The translations under genes were made by a program, and so were the position numbers. The notes beneath the pieces were generated by a model that saw only the letters and a list, made by a program, of their open reading frames with translations, had not been told where the DNA came from and ran no database searches. Shown piece after piece: positions 1 to 9,359 of a stretch of 28,891 bases of DNA. Source of the DNA: a virus (Duplodnaviria; Caudoviricetes); IMG/VR virus record IMGVR_UViG_3300002307_001836, positions 1-28,891 of that record, one strand, 5' to 3'. Within the stretch, counting starts at the first letter, position 1. Each line of letters begins with the position of its first letter.

Positions 1-281
1 CCTTGTGCTCCTGTGGTTCCTTGGGTGGCTGTACCTGTAGTTCCTTGTGCACCTGTGGTGCCCTGAGCACCTGTAGTTGCATTACCAGCAGTGCCTTGTG
101 CTCCTGTTCCGCCTGCAGTACCTGTAGTTCCTTGTGCACCTGTGGTGCCTTGAGCACCTGTGGTGGCATTTCCAGCAGTGCCTTGTGCTCCTGTGGTTCC
201 TTGGGTGGCTGTACCTGTAGTTCCTTGTGCACCTGTGGTGCCCTGAGCACCTGTAGTTGCATTACCAGCAGTGCCTTGTGC
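1..281. repeat. Perfect 101-bp direct repeat with 180-bp period inside the collagen tract
   Basis: Positions 1-101 are identical to 181-281. Confidence 0.9.
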
Positions 282-2528
282 ACCAACTGTGCCTTGAGCT
301 CCTGTAGTACCAAGTACGCCTTGCGTTCCTACAGCGCCTTGAACGCCTTGCACGCCTTGGGCTCCTGTAGGGCCTTGCACGCCTTGTGCTCCTACACCTG
401 CATTGGTTCCATTTATTCCTTGTGTTCCTTGTGCACCTGTAGTACCAAGTGTGCCTTGTGCTCCTGTAGTACCAGTTGTACCTTGAGTTGCTGTTCCAGT
501 AGTGCCTTGTGCGCCGGCGGTACCAAGTGTGCCTTGTGTACCTTGAGCTCCAGTAGTGCCTTGAGCTCCTGCACCTGCATTGGTTCCATTTATTCCTTGT
601 GTACCCTGAGCACCGGCGGTACCCGTGGTGCCTTGTGCTCCTGTGGTGCCTTGTGCGCCGGTTGTGCCTTGAGTACCAGTGGTGCCTTGTGCGCCTGTCA
701 TGCCAATTATGCCCTGAACGCCCTGGGTGCCTGTAGTGCCTTGTGCTCCTATACCTGCATTAGTTCCATTTATTCCTTGAACGCCTTGTGCACCGGTAGT
801 ACCAACCGTGCCCTGAGCTCCTGTGATGCCTTGAGTTCCAACAGTGCCTTGTGTGCCAGCACCTGTAGTGCCTTGAGTACCTGTAGTACCTTGAGTACCT
901 GTAGTACCTTGAGCTCCTATACCAGCATTGGTTCCATTTATTCCTTGTGTTCCTTGAGCACCTGTGGTACCAAGTGTGCCTTGTGCACCTGTAGTACCCT
1001 GAGCACCTGTGGTGCCTTGTGTGCCTGCACCTGTAGTGCCTTGAGCTCCGTCAGCACCAAGTGTACCTTGTGCGCCCCGAGCTCCAGTTATGCCTTGTGT
1101 GCCTGCACCTGTAGTGCCTTGAATTCCTGTGATGCCTTGAGCACCAGTGGTGCCTTGTGTGCCTGCACCTGTGGTGCCTTGAGCTCCGTCAGACCCAAGT
1201 ATGCCCTGGGTGCCCTGAGCACCTGTGGTGCCTTGTGTGCCTGCACCTGTAGTGCCTTGAGCACCCACAGTGCCTTGCACCCCAAACACACCCTGAATGC
1301 CTTGTGTTCCAACTGTGCCTTGAGCTCCAATTACTCCTTGAATGCCTTGTGCTCCTACAGCGCCTTGAACACCTTGAATACCAGTGGCGCCTTGAGCTCC
1401 AGTAGTGCCTTGAGCTCCAGTGGCGCCTTGGGTACCTGTAGTGCCTTGTGCACCTGTAGTGCCTTGAGCTCCTGTTGTTCCTTGTGCACCTGTTGTTCCT
1501 TGTGCTCCTGTAGTACCTTGTGCTCCGGCAATACCTACAGTGCCTTGAGCTCCTGTAGCGCCTTGTATACCAACTGCACCCTGAACGCCTTGAGCTCCCA
1601 CAGTGCCTTGTGCTCCTACAGCGCCTTGAGCACCAACTGCACCCTGAACGCCTTGTGTTCCTGTAGTGCCTTGTGCTCCTACAGCGCCTTGTGTTCCTGT
1701 AGTGCCTTGCGGTCCTTTTACTTGTCCTACGTTGGACCATACACCACTGCCAAGTACCCATAAATTTCCAGTGTCTGTGGCAATTACACCATTGCCATTT
1801 ACGGCACTTGGAAAGGCTGCATTTAAGGTGGCTTGTGGTGTGGCGCCAACTGTTGCTATTGATCCTATGATAGTTACCGAAGTTCCAGAAGGACCAATTA
1901 TACCTTGAGCACCTGTAGTTCCAGTGGTACCTTGTGCACCTACTGTACCTTGTGCACCTACTGTACCTTGGGCTCCCTGTGTTCCTGTTGCGCCTTGCGC
2001 TCCGGTTGTACCTTGTGTTCCTGTTGTTCCCTGGGCTCCCTGTGAGCCTGTGGTGCCTTGTGGGCCCACTGCAGGTGCACCGTTCGCGTAATAAAATCCA
2101 GTTGCTTGAACATTTCCAGTGACCGACACAAGACCGGTGGTCAATAAGTTGCCTCCAGTGATATTGCCAGCCACCGATAAAATTCCACCAGTTAATAAGT
2201 TACCGCCTCTGACATTGCCAGTGGCTGTCACAAACCCAGTGGTCAACAAGTTACCGCCAGTGACGTTGCCAGTGACTGATAAATTTCCACCGGTAAGTAA
2301 GTTTCCGCCAGTTATATTACTGGTAGCCGAAACTGAATTTAAACTAAGTGTGTTGCTCCATGTTCTGGAATTACTGGTTCCTAAAGTTAAAACCGAATTT
2401 ACCGTTCCAGGACCCAAATTAGGCTCTGCCTGCTCCAGACCCAAAAATTCATAACGGTCGCTGGTGAGATTGGCATAAGGTGTAACCGGAACACGCCCAC
2501 TTAGTAATTTTGATATATTTGTCGACAT
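1..2528 (-). CDS. Collagen-like (Gly-X-Y) phage fibre protein, 3'-partial (runs off window start)
   Basis: Not in the ORF track because it has no stop in the window. ATG at 2528, 1 nt after the upstream TAA. Translates MSTNISKLLSGRVPVTPY..., then 4x 17-aa NxTGGNLLT repeats, then long GTT-GAQ-GTQ triplet tracts, and stays in frame to position 3. Confidence 0.93.
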   Translation of the reverse strand, partial: MSTNISKLLSGRVPVTPYANLTSDRYEFLGLEQAEPNLGPGTVNSVLTLGTSNSRTWSNTLSLNSVSATSNITGGNLLTGGNLSVTGNVTGGNLLTTGFVTATGNVRGGNLLTGGILSVAGNITGGNLLTTGLVSVTGNVQATGFYYANGAPAVGPQGTTGSQGAQGTTGTQGTTGAQGATGTQGAQGTVGAQGTVGAQGTTGTTGAQGIIGPSGTSVTIIGSIATVGATPQATLNAAFPSAVNGNGVIATDTGNLWVLGSGVWSNVGQVKGPQGTTGTQGAVGAQGTTGTQGVQGAVGAQGAVGAQGTVGAQGVQGAVGIQGATGAQGTVGIAGAQGTTGAQGTTGAQGTTGAQGTTGAQGTTGTQGATGAQGTTGAQGATGIQGVQGAVGAQGIQGVIGAQGTVGTQGIQGVFGVQGTVGAQGTTGAGTQGTTGAQGTQGILGSDGAQGTTGAGTQGTTGAQGITGIQGTTGAGTQGITGARGAQGTLGADGAQGTTGAGTQGTTGAQGTTGAQGTLGTTGAQGTQGINGTNAGIGAQGTTGTQGTTGTQGTTGAGTQGTVGTQGITGAQGTVGTTGAQGVQGINGTNAGIGAQGTTGTQGVQGIIGMTGAQGTTGTQGTTGAQGTTGAQGTTGTAGAQGTQGINGTNAGAGAQGTTGAQGTQGTLGTAGAQGTTGTATQGTTGTTGAQGTLGTTGAQGTQGINGTNAGVGAQGVQGPTGAQGVQGVQGAVGTQGVLGTTGAQGTVGAQGTAGNATTGAQGTTGAQGTTGTATQGTTGAQGTAGNATTGAQGTTGAQGTTGTAGGTGAQGTAGNATTGAQGTTGAQGTTGTATQGTTGAQ
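2115..2318 (-). repeat. Four tandem 17-aa (51-bp) repeats N(I/V)xGGNLLTxGxxSxxG, likely a beta-structured fibre shaft
   Basis: NITGGNLLTGGNLSVTG / NVTGGNLLTTGFVTATG / NVRGGNLLTGGILSVAG / NITGGNLLTTGLVSVTG. Similar units occur in the 559-aa protein. Confidence 0.85.
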
Positions 2529-2529
2529 G

Positions 2530-2865
2530 TTATCCTACAAGAGTTTCTAACAAACTCAATGTTAACTGTGTACTGTTGTTTGTACTGGATCGAACTTGCA
2601 AACTGTCACCGTAGTTCATGATTAATCGACCTGTCAACACAGTTATAGCATCTGCCACCGGTACACTGGCACCGGCAATCAATGCGGTACTGTTGCCTGA
2701 ATTGACAACGTTGGCAGATACTTGTACAGTATTTGCCGGATCAATGTTGGTCATTTGTGCCATCAACACCACAGTAGCATAGCCAATTGGTGTACTGTAC
2801 ACCGTGGTCATTGAATTTGTAACATTTGCTGTTACGTTTTTAAATATGTTTAATGCACCTGGCAT
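2530..2865 (-). CDS. Small beta-rich virion/fibre-associated protein (111 aa)
   Basis: ORF between two fibre genes, preceded by TATAAATA and an AG-rich leader. T/S/N/V-rich composition. Confidence 0.75.
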   Translation of the reverse strand: MPGALNIFKNVTANVTNSMTTVYSTPIGYATVVLMAQMTNIDPANTVQVSANVVNSGNSTALIAGASVPVADAITVLTGRLIMNYGDSLQVRSSTNNSTQLTLSLLETLVG

Positions 2866-2887
2866 GATCTTTTTCTCTCTTGTTTGT

Positions 2888-2895
2888 TATTTATA
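2888..2895 (-). promoter_or_regulatory. T4-like late promoter TATAAATA
   Basis: Exact T4 late -10 consensus in the intergenic gap upstream of structural genes. Confidence 0.7.
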
Positions 2896-2899
2896 GCTA

Positions 2900-4579
2900 T
2901 CAATTTGAAGATAACGCCAGTATATACGGAGTCATCTGAGCAAATAAACTCTTATAAAAAGCGTCACCGGTAATGGTTGCAGTTGCTTGATTTACAACAA
3001 ATCCATCACCCACTTTAAAATTACCTTTTTGATCGGTACTGGTATAAGTTACCACACCGCCATCGGTGATCACAACTTCGTTGGCTTCAATTGGTATACC
3101 CCCATACTGTGGCAAAGCAGTAGCAGGATCAGTTCCGGCTCCTACATATTCAAACGTATGGGCACTGGCTATGATAGAACTACGAACATAAAATGAAATA
3201 ACTGTCCCTGCTGCAGGAGTAGCGGTATAGATTTCTTGTATTACTACAGTTGACTGTCCTGCGTTTGGAAGATTTGGTAAGATAGTATCTATAGTATAAT
3301 ATGTAGGATCACCAGCAATGACCATTACAGTGTTCACGTGTGGTTGCCCGTTGGTTAAATTGTTGATTACAAATGTACCATTTATTTGCGATACCAAATT
3401 GCCAGAAGTTTGTAGTGGGCCATAACCGTCGGCAACCAACCCGTAATTACCAATTGAGCAATCGCTACCATTTAATGTACAGAATCCACCGGATTCAACA
3501 TGTATACCAATATTGCAAGCAATAGTATAGATATTGACCAATTGACTGTATCCTGAATTTACAATGTGTACTCCTACTCCGCCCTTGTTGATAATGGTAA
3601 AAAATCCCACAATCATTGCTTTGGTACTGATACTACTTACAACATCACCGTCAATGTAAACAGCCGTTCCTGTGGTGGTGCTTGAAGTTAGGTTTTGTAT
3701 ATATGGGCTTACAAAAACATTCTGTGTAGGAGTTGCTGGGTCGTAGCTGAATCCTTTGCCAGTGTAGTTTTTGATAGTGATCCCCCATACGTAGGTGCCA
3801 CTTTTCATATAAAACATATCTGCACTTGCAACTGTTGGTTGTACAGTAACATTTCTAAGATTATCTCCCATCAACGCAACGTTAGCAGGAATAGTGATCG
3901 GGCATACTTCGGTATACGTACCGGGGGCCACATGCACTGAAGTGTTGCCACTGGTAGCGGACAACATGGCCGCTTTGATAGTTAAAAAAGGTTTATTGAT
4001 ACTGCCATCATTGCTGTCACTGCCATTGGTGGCCACATACAATATTTTGGCACTGGTATTGAACGTCATTGGTGTTCCATTACCAACAAACTGACTGGCT
4101 ATTATATTACCAGCAGCACTGACATTACCATTGGTCAATAAATTTCCAGCAACAGTATTACCTTGTGAGCTGATAGTGCCAAGTACAGTAAAAACATTTG
4201 GGCTTTGACTATAAGTTATGCCTGCACTTCCACTGATCGTTCCATTGGCATTGTACATTACATAGGAATTTGATCCAGGTGCTGTAAGATTAGCAGTGAC
4301 ATTACCAACAAAATTACCTAAAAAATAACTTGCCGAAGAGATATTGCCAGTGACCGAAACATTGCCCGGCGAGTAGACATTTCCGCTGGTGATATTACCT
4401 GCTACGCTTAAATCTGTTAGTGTACCAACAGAAGTAATATTGGCTTGAGCATTGCCAGTGACTGTGATAGCCGTATTGGCAGTATTACTGAACCCTGGAA
4501 CTAATTCGGCAAAATTTTCATTTAATTGGCTAATTGGTATGGCATTGCCATTGAATATGTACGGAACGTAATTGCTCAT
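2900..4579 (-). CDS. Tail fibre/spike protein with pectate-lyase-like right-handed beta-helix
   Basis: N-terminal IPISQLNENF attachment-like motif, GNITxGN repeats, then LYVATNGSDSNDGSINKPFLTIKAA...VHVAPGTYTE, which is typical of the start of a parallel beta-helix. Confidence 0.8.
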   Translation of the reverse strand: MSNYVPYIFNGNAIPISQLNENFAELVPGFSNTANTAITVTGNAQANITSVGTLTDLSVAGNITSGNVYSPGNVSVTGNISSASYFLGNFVGNVTANLTAPGSNSYVMYNANGTISGSAGITYSQSPNVFTVLGTISSQGNTVAGNLLTNGNVSAAGNIIASQFVGNGTPMTFNTSAKILYVATNGSDSNDGSINKPFLTIKAAMLSATSGNTSVHVAPGTYTEVCPITIPANVALMGDNLRNVTVQPTVASADMFYMKSGTYVWGITIKNYTGKGFSYDPATPTQNVFVSPYIQNLTSSTTTGTAVYIDGDVVSSISTKAMIVGFFTIINKGGVGVHIVNSGYSQLVNIYTIACNIGIHVESGGFCTLNGSDCSIGNYGLVADGYGPLQTSGNLVSQINGTFVINNLTNGQPHVNTVMVIAGDPTYYTIDTILPNLPNAGQSTVVIQEIYTATPAAGTVISFYVRSSIIASAHTFEYVGAGTDPATALPQYGGIPIEANEVVITDGGVVTYTSTDQKGNFKVGDGFVVNQATATITGDAFYKSLFAQMTPYILALSSN

Positions 4580-4598
4580 TATAATCTCTCTATTATGG

Positions 4599-4606
4599 TA
4601 TTTATG
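4599..4606 (-). promoter_or_regulatory. Late-type promoter CATAAATA
   Basis: Overlaps the TAA stop of the upstream gene, 20 nt before the ATG at 4579. Confidence 0.5.
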
Positions 4607-7490
4607 GTTCCAGCACGGTCCATGTTATTGGAACATCGTTGACACTATCGTACCAGGGCACTGGAGCATTGGCGTTGGTTTGGTCATACCAAGGTATAAA
4701 ATTTAATGGATAAGTGCCAACAGGCACGATGGTTTTTCTCCTTGGGAATAACAAATATTGATCGTATTCATTGCTGTTGCTGTACATGTCCACTGGATCA
4801 ATAAACTGTAAACTACCCTGATCAAAGGTAGTGCCGGGAGGAGTTGCGTAACTCCATTCTACTGCTGCACCTGAGTTGTTGGTCCATGGCAGTGTCAATT
4901 GTGGGCTAAGGCTGTTGATCCATGTGGTGTTTGGTGGATCGTGAGCAAAATCAAATGTGGTCACAGTTGGTGGATGGGGAGTCCACTGTTGTAAATCTCT
5001 ATCCCAGTTCTTGGTTAGTAAATTATCAAGCTCATAACGATCCACTTCAAAATCTATCATATTCAGCTGATCTACGCCAAATTGAGTTTCGATATTATAA
5101 GCAATCTGTCCGCTTTGCCCTGCAACAGTGTAGGCTATCACCCAGGCTGGTGTAAATCCCAGTATTGATCCGTCGGCCTGTTTGCTCAACATCCATCTGG
5201 GCAAAACATTACTGACTTGTCCCACTGTGTCAATAACTTGGTTTCTCATGTTGTCCAAACTGTTAGGATATACCGTTTGTGTTGACCCATTTAATGCAGT
5301 GTCAACTATATAAGGCAATGTAACTGATTTTCCAACACTTTCTCCAGCGTTATTAACCAAGTTGTCAACCACGCGACTGTAAACCACTTCGTAAATTACA
5401 TTACCCGAGTCATCCAGTGCTTGAGCTGTTTCAATTTGGCCCAAAGTTAATTGTTTCCAATAATGATTGATATCAAGGCTGTATATATAGGAATCGTAAG
5501 CGGCAGCGGTCAACCCATAAGCGTGGCGATAAACAACTTGCTGTGCTACACCAAAATTTGGATCATCACTTCTATAAATCAATGCCGGCGGGAATATGTC
5601 AGTGTCTGTTAATAAACTGTCAAGCACAGCTCGATCGTCCAGGGGAGGCATGGCCTGTATATAAAGATTATCAAACGGTTCATCAAACTCTCTGATCAAA
5701 CGTATGGTAAATGTTTTGAATTGATTGACTAATCCATTGGTACTGGTCACATTCACAGTAAATTCAAACACAAGATCAAATGAGGTGGTACGCTGATCAA
5801 ATGTAGTGGCGCCGCTGTCCAAGGCAAAGGTATCAAAACTTACTCGTCCAGCAATATTTCCCGAAGGCAACAGTTGTAAACCCTGTGGTAATAAATTATA
5901 AACAGGTGCCTCTCCTAACTCTTGACCAGCCAATTGATATTGTAATGTTAATCCTGAAGAGTTAACAGCTTTCACGTACAAGGTACTGGTACTGCCATTC
6001 ACAATGGTACCCAAATCGCCGGGAGTAAGCCAGGTAATATCGGTTAACACGTCACCTTCAACAACAAGGCTATAACTGTAGGGTTCGCTGATTAACTCAG
6101 GATTATCATTGTCATATACCTGTAGATTAAAATTGTAAGTTGTAGTCACTGCCAAAGCTGGAATTAGTCCGTATAACCAACCCGAATTTGGATCTAAAGT
6201 TAAACCAGGCGGTAGTGTGTCGGCTGTATAGGTAAATGGATTACCGTCAATATTTTCTCCGACAAACTGGAAGGCAAAGAAATTACCAGTTCTAACAGTG
6301 CCTATGCTGCCAGTTGGAGTGGTTATTACCGGAGTAGTTAAATTGTAAACATCAGCAGTGATGTAAGTGTTATCCGCGGTGATTACAGTAGTATCTGCGC
6401 TCATCGAACTGCGGGCATAAACTACAATTTCAAAAGTTCTTTGATTGTTGTTTTGACCGTTGCTGACTTGTAAGGTAAATTGGTAAGTAGCCGGGGCATC
6501 AGTGACAGCAGTACTGAAATCAAATCCGGCTTGATCAAATGGTTGATTTATAGTTACGTCGGCAAATATTCCATAATTGTTCCAGTTGGAGTAGGTATAC
6601 AGCCATAAATCTCCAGTGTCGCTGGCAATCGCACCGTCGTTGAACACAGCTGATGGAAAGGCTGTGTCCAAAGTAGTCTGTGGGTCAACACCAACCGTTG
6701 GAACCGATCCAATGACAGTAATGCTGCCATCAAACCCAGGCGGTATTGCGCCTGGCAATACAGCAGGTAGTACCACGCCTGAAATAACTCCTGCTGTGCT
6801 AATAGTTAAACCCGGTGGCAATGCACCTGATACTAATGTTACTATTTTGTCTCCGTATATGTCAGGGTTATAAGTTTCAATCTGCAGATCAAAGATTTGA
6901 TCACCATCAATATAGTGTCCAACTACGCCGGCAGGTGTTACAAAATAAGGTTGATTTAATACTGCTACTGTAAGACTAAAAGTTCTATCGGCTAAACTAG
7001 AACTATTGCGAGCTCTTATAGCAAATTGACTAGAAGTGTCAACCGACACTTGGCTTGGAACACCACTGATACTATTGCCAGGAACTCCATGTACGACACC
7101 AAGTTCACTGATGGCAATTCCAGCTGGCAACTGCCCTGCCACGACTTCGTAAGTAATTGCGGTCGGAACACTGGTGATGGTACCCGGTACAGTGACAGTA
7201 CTGGCCGAAGGAACAATTATGCCTATTGAGGAATTGGAGGTTCTTACCACTTCGTATGTACCGTTGTAACTGCTGGGAGTAAATCCTGCAAGTTCCACTG
7301 TGGTCTCTAAAGGAAAAGGTATGTTGGTCTGGGTTGGAAATAAAACAGTGGTGATTCCAACAGTGGGCTGAACTGAACTGGCTGTTATGGTTATAACTGG
7401 ATCAATGGCCAACAATGGAGTGGAATAAAACACACCTTCGGGTATAGTGCCTAAATTACCAGCAGAAGTAATCCAATTAGGTTGAGCCAT
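4602..7490 (-). CDS. Large virion protein with putative Ig (He_PIG-like) repeats (962 aa)
   Basis: Repeated GxLPxGLxl(S/D)xxGxIxG motifs (GQLPAGIAISELG, GALPPGLTISTAGVISG, LPPGLTLDPNSGWLYG, LPQGLQLLPSGNIAG), each preceded by a W/F-xT-xxGxlG unit. Confidence 0.82.
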   Translation of the reverse strand: MAQPNWITSAGNLGTIPEGVFYSTPLLAIDPVITITASSVQPTVGITTVLFPTQTNIPFPLETTVELAGFTPSSYNGTYEVVRTSNSSIGIIVPSASTVTVPGTITSVPTAITYEVVAGQLPAGIAISELGVVHGVPGNSISGVPSQVSVDTSSQFAIRARNSSSLADRTFSLTVAVLNQPYFVTPAGVVGHYIDGDQIFDLQIETYNPDIYGDKIVTLVSGALPPGLTISTAGVISGVVLPAVLPGAIPPGFDGSITVIGSVPTVGVDPQTTLDTAFPSAVFNDGAIASDTGDLWLYTYSNWNNYGIFADVTINQPFDQAGFDFSTAVTDAPATYQFTLQVSNGQNNNQRTFEIVVYARSSMSADTTVITADNTYITADVYNLTTPVITTPTGSIGTVRTGNFFAFQFVGENIDGNPFTYTADTLPPGLTLDPNSGWLYGLIPALAVTTTYNFNLQVYDNDNPELISEPYSYSLVVEGDVLTDITWLTPGDLGTIVNGSTSTLYVKAVNSSGLTLQYQLAGQELGEAPVYNLLPQGLQLLPSGNIAGRVSFDTFALDSGATTFDQRTTSFDLVFEFTVNVTSTNGLVNQFKTFTIRLIREFDEPFDNLYIQAMPPLDDRAVLDSLLTDTDIFPPALIYRSDDPNFGVAQQVVYRHAYGLTAAAYDSYIYSLDINHYWKQLTLGQIETAQALDDSGNVIYEVVYSRVVDNLVNNAGESVGKSVTLPYIVDTALNGSTQTVYPNSLDNMRNQVIDTVGQVSNVLPRWMLSKQADGSILGFTPAWVIAYTVAGQSGQIAYNIETQFGVDQLNMIDFEVDRYELDNLLTKNWDRDLQQWTPHPPTVTTFDFAHDPPNTTWINSLSPQLTLPWTNNSGAAVEWSYATPPGTTFDQGSLQFIDPVDMYSNSNEYDQYLLFPRRKTIVPVGTYPLNFIPWYDQTNANAPVPWYDSVNDVPITWTVLEP

Positions 7491-7509
7491 AGATTATAAA
7501 ATCCTCTTA

Positions 7510-7770
7510 TTAAAAAGAAGTGCCTGCAATTCGATTCCAAATAGGAGTTGAACCCGTATAAGATGCAAAACAATAATAGAAATAAGAAGCATCAAAAGCA
7601 TACATTCCAGCAAGATCCCCAGTCTTTCCCACCGATGTAGTGGGAGGAATTGCGTTTGGAATAGCAAATACTTGTGTAAAATTACTGTTGGTTTTTTGAA
7701 AAGCAGTTCGTAACGGATCGCCTTGCCCGTCGTTGGCACTACTTCCTACATCGATATATTCTTGAGCCAT
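7510..7770 (-). CDS. Small baseplate/fibre connector-like protein (T4 gp9/gp10 N-terminal-like motif)
   Basis: IDVGSSANDGQGDPLRTAFQKTNSNF matches the GxxxxDGxGDxLRxxxxKxNxNF motif. Confidence 0.75.
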   Translation of the reverse strand: MAQEYIDVGSSANDGQGDPLRTAFQKTNSNFTQVFAIPNAIPPTTSVGKTGDLAGMYAFDASYFYYCFASYTGSTPIWNRIAGTSF

Positions 7771-7791
7771 AGATACCCGTCCTCTGTAGTG

Positions 7792-7799
7792 TATTTACC
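7792..7799 (-). promoter_or_regulatory. Late-type promoter GGTAAATA
   Basis: TAAATA core upstream of the GAGGA SD and the first structural gene. Confidence 0.45.
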
Positions 7800-7827
7800 A
7801 GAGCGTGAAGGGTATTGAGTTTAGGAT

Positions 7828-8154
7828 TTAAAACGGATTAAAACTGCTGCCGCATCCGCAGGTGGTTTGGGCATTGGGATTCGTAATTACAAAACTGGCG
7901 CCCATGGCGTCATCTTTATAGTCTATTTCAGCACCTTGTAGATACTGACCACTCATGCTGTCTACTAACAGTTGTACGCCGTTGACATCAAGAGTCCAGT
8001 CATCTTCGCCGATGTCTTGATCCAGGGTAAAGAAATAAGAAAAACCAGAGCAACCGCCACCTTGAACACCTATTCTTAATTTAAAAGTTGGATTATTTTC
8101 TTCGGCCAAAATGTCTTGTACTCTTGCTACTGCTGATTCACTTAGTGTTATCAT
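7828..8154 (-). CDS. erpA: A-type Fe-S cluster carrier protein (ErpA/IscA, HesB family)
   Basis: [15 protein letters not shown] and [14 protein letters not shown] signatures. Start placed at MITLSESA (8154), which makes an ATGA overlap with the upstream stop. Confidence 0.95.
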   Translation of the reverse strand: MITLSESAVARVQDILAEENNPTFKLRIGVQGGGCSGFSYFFTLDQDIGEDDWTLDVNGVQLLVDSMSGQYLQGAEIDYKDDAMGASFVITNPNAQTTCGCGSSFNPF

Positions 8155-8807
8155 AATAAAATCCATCCATATGCAAAATTTTTGTGTCCATTAACTAACT
8201 GGCTTACTCCAGCTTTTTTCAAGTTGTATTTCTTTTTCAAATCATTTTGTGTGCAAGTTTCAACAATACCTGTGATGTGTTTAAAGGTGTGTAATCTTAA
8301 ATCATAACTGTTATTTTTCATCCCAGTGTTGGATTCAGACACAGCATTCTTATGCTTTTCTCTTACTCCGGGCTTGTTCATAGGATTGTTTGTCAGTGCT
8401 TTAATTCTATGGGCTTCTTTTACTTGAGGATTATTGGCGTAAAACTTTTTGACTCCGGCAATATTTTTAGCTTTTACCTCCGGTCGATTTTGAATTATTC
8501 TTCCTACGTCACCAGATATTCCTTGCCCTTCTTCGGGTACAAGATTTGCCCAAAGTTTTTTGCCGTTTGTATTCTTAGCTTCAACTATATTCCACAATGT
8601 GCTGTAATATCTACCCCACTGTCTAAGTTCTTCGTTGGTATGACATTCTTTTAACACTTCTGTATGATGTTCTGGCCCATGTATTTTTAAATGATCTTTC
8701 CAGTAAAGACCGGAACCTTTGTATTTGCAATAATCCTGACGAGAGGTTTTACAAAGATATTTCAATCCTGTTTTAGCGTGAGTTTTGACAAGTAAGTAGA
8801 TACTCAT
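8151..8807 (-). mobile_element. Free-standing GIY-YIG-like (Seg-type) homing endonuclease
   Basis: N-terminal SIYLLVKTHAKTGLKYLCKT...YKGSGLYWKDHLKIHG...WANLVPEEGQG, a basic DNA-binding middle, and a C-terminal HTH-like end ...YGW. Confidence 0.8.
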
Positions 8808-9346
8808 AGGCGCTCATTTACAACGTCCCAATCAATGATCTTCCAGATATTGTCTAGGTATCGCTCTTTTTCCCACTTATAGTCCAGGCTCCATGCGTGT
8901 TCCCAAGCATCGATTAAAACTGCTATATCTGTTCTTACCGCATGATTAGCAATAGTTTTGATTGTTCCCGAGGTTGATAGATAGCACCATCCGCTTCCCT
9001 GGATAGACATAAAAGTTTCTTTAAATGCTTGTTTAAAATCTTCGTAGGTTTTAAATTTCTCTTCTATCAATGCCAACACAGCACCTCGAGGACGATTGGC
9101 TCCTCGGGGTGCTCGTAACTGTGGGAAAAACTTGTTGTGTAAAAAACTACCAGCTCTGTTGAAATCTGCATCACCTTCGCCTGCATTGTATCGTTTGGCA
9201 TAGCCTTTGGCCAAGTGCTCGTAGTGATATTCAATGGTGTCGGCACTCATGACCGGATCCAGATCCTTGGTACCGTAAGGCAAAGGTGTGGTTTCCAGTT
9301 TGGCTGGTTTGGTTGTGGCTTCTACAAGATCAATGATATCACGCAT
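8804..9346 (-). CDS. sod: Fe/Mn superoxide dismutase
   Basis: LPY..DLDPVMSADTIEYH, FLHNKFF, QGSGW, DAWEHAW..DY and IIDWDVVNER. All four metal ligands (H, H, D, H) are present. Confidence 0.93.
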   Translation of the reverse strand: MRDIIDLVEATTKPAKLETTPLPYGTKDLDPVMSADTIEYHYEHLAKGYAKRYNAGEGDADFNRAGSFLHNKFFPQLRAPRGANRPRGAVLALIEEKFKTYEDFKQAFKETFMSIQGSGWCYLSTSGTIKTIANHAVRTDIAVLIDAWEHAWSLDYKWEKERYLDNIWKIIDWDVVNERL

Positions 9347-9351
9347 GTTAA

Positions 9352-9359
9352 TATTTATC
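9352..9359 (-). promoter_or_regulatory. Late-type promoter GATAAATA, 5 nt before the SOD ATG
   Basis: GATAAATA-TTAAC-ATG. Overlaps the infA stop; no SD in the 5-nt gap. Confidence 0.6.

Noticed and set aside
3-1763. 586-aa Cys/Ser-rich plus-strand ORF, and the alternative-frame ORFs at 1088-1330 and 1189-1761
   Set aside because: Antisense or frame shadows of the Gly-X-Y collagen codons; not a metallothionein-like gene.
1-2070. Repetitive tract considered as a CRISPR array or DGR repeat
   Set aside because: It has 9-bp coding periodicity, no repeat-spacer structure, no adenine-specific variation, and no cas or RT gene in the window.
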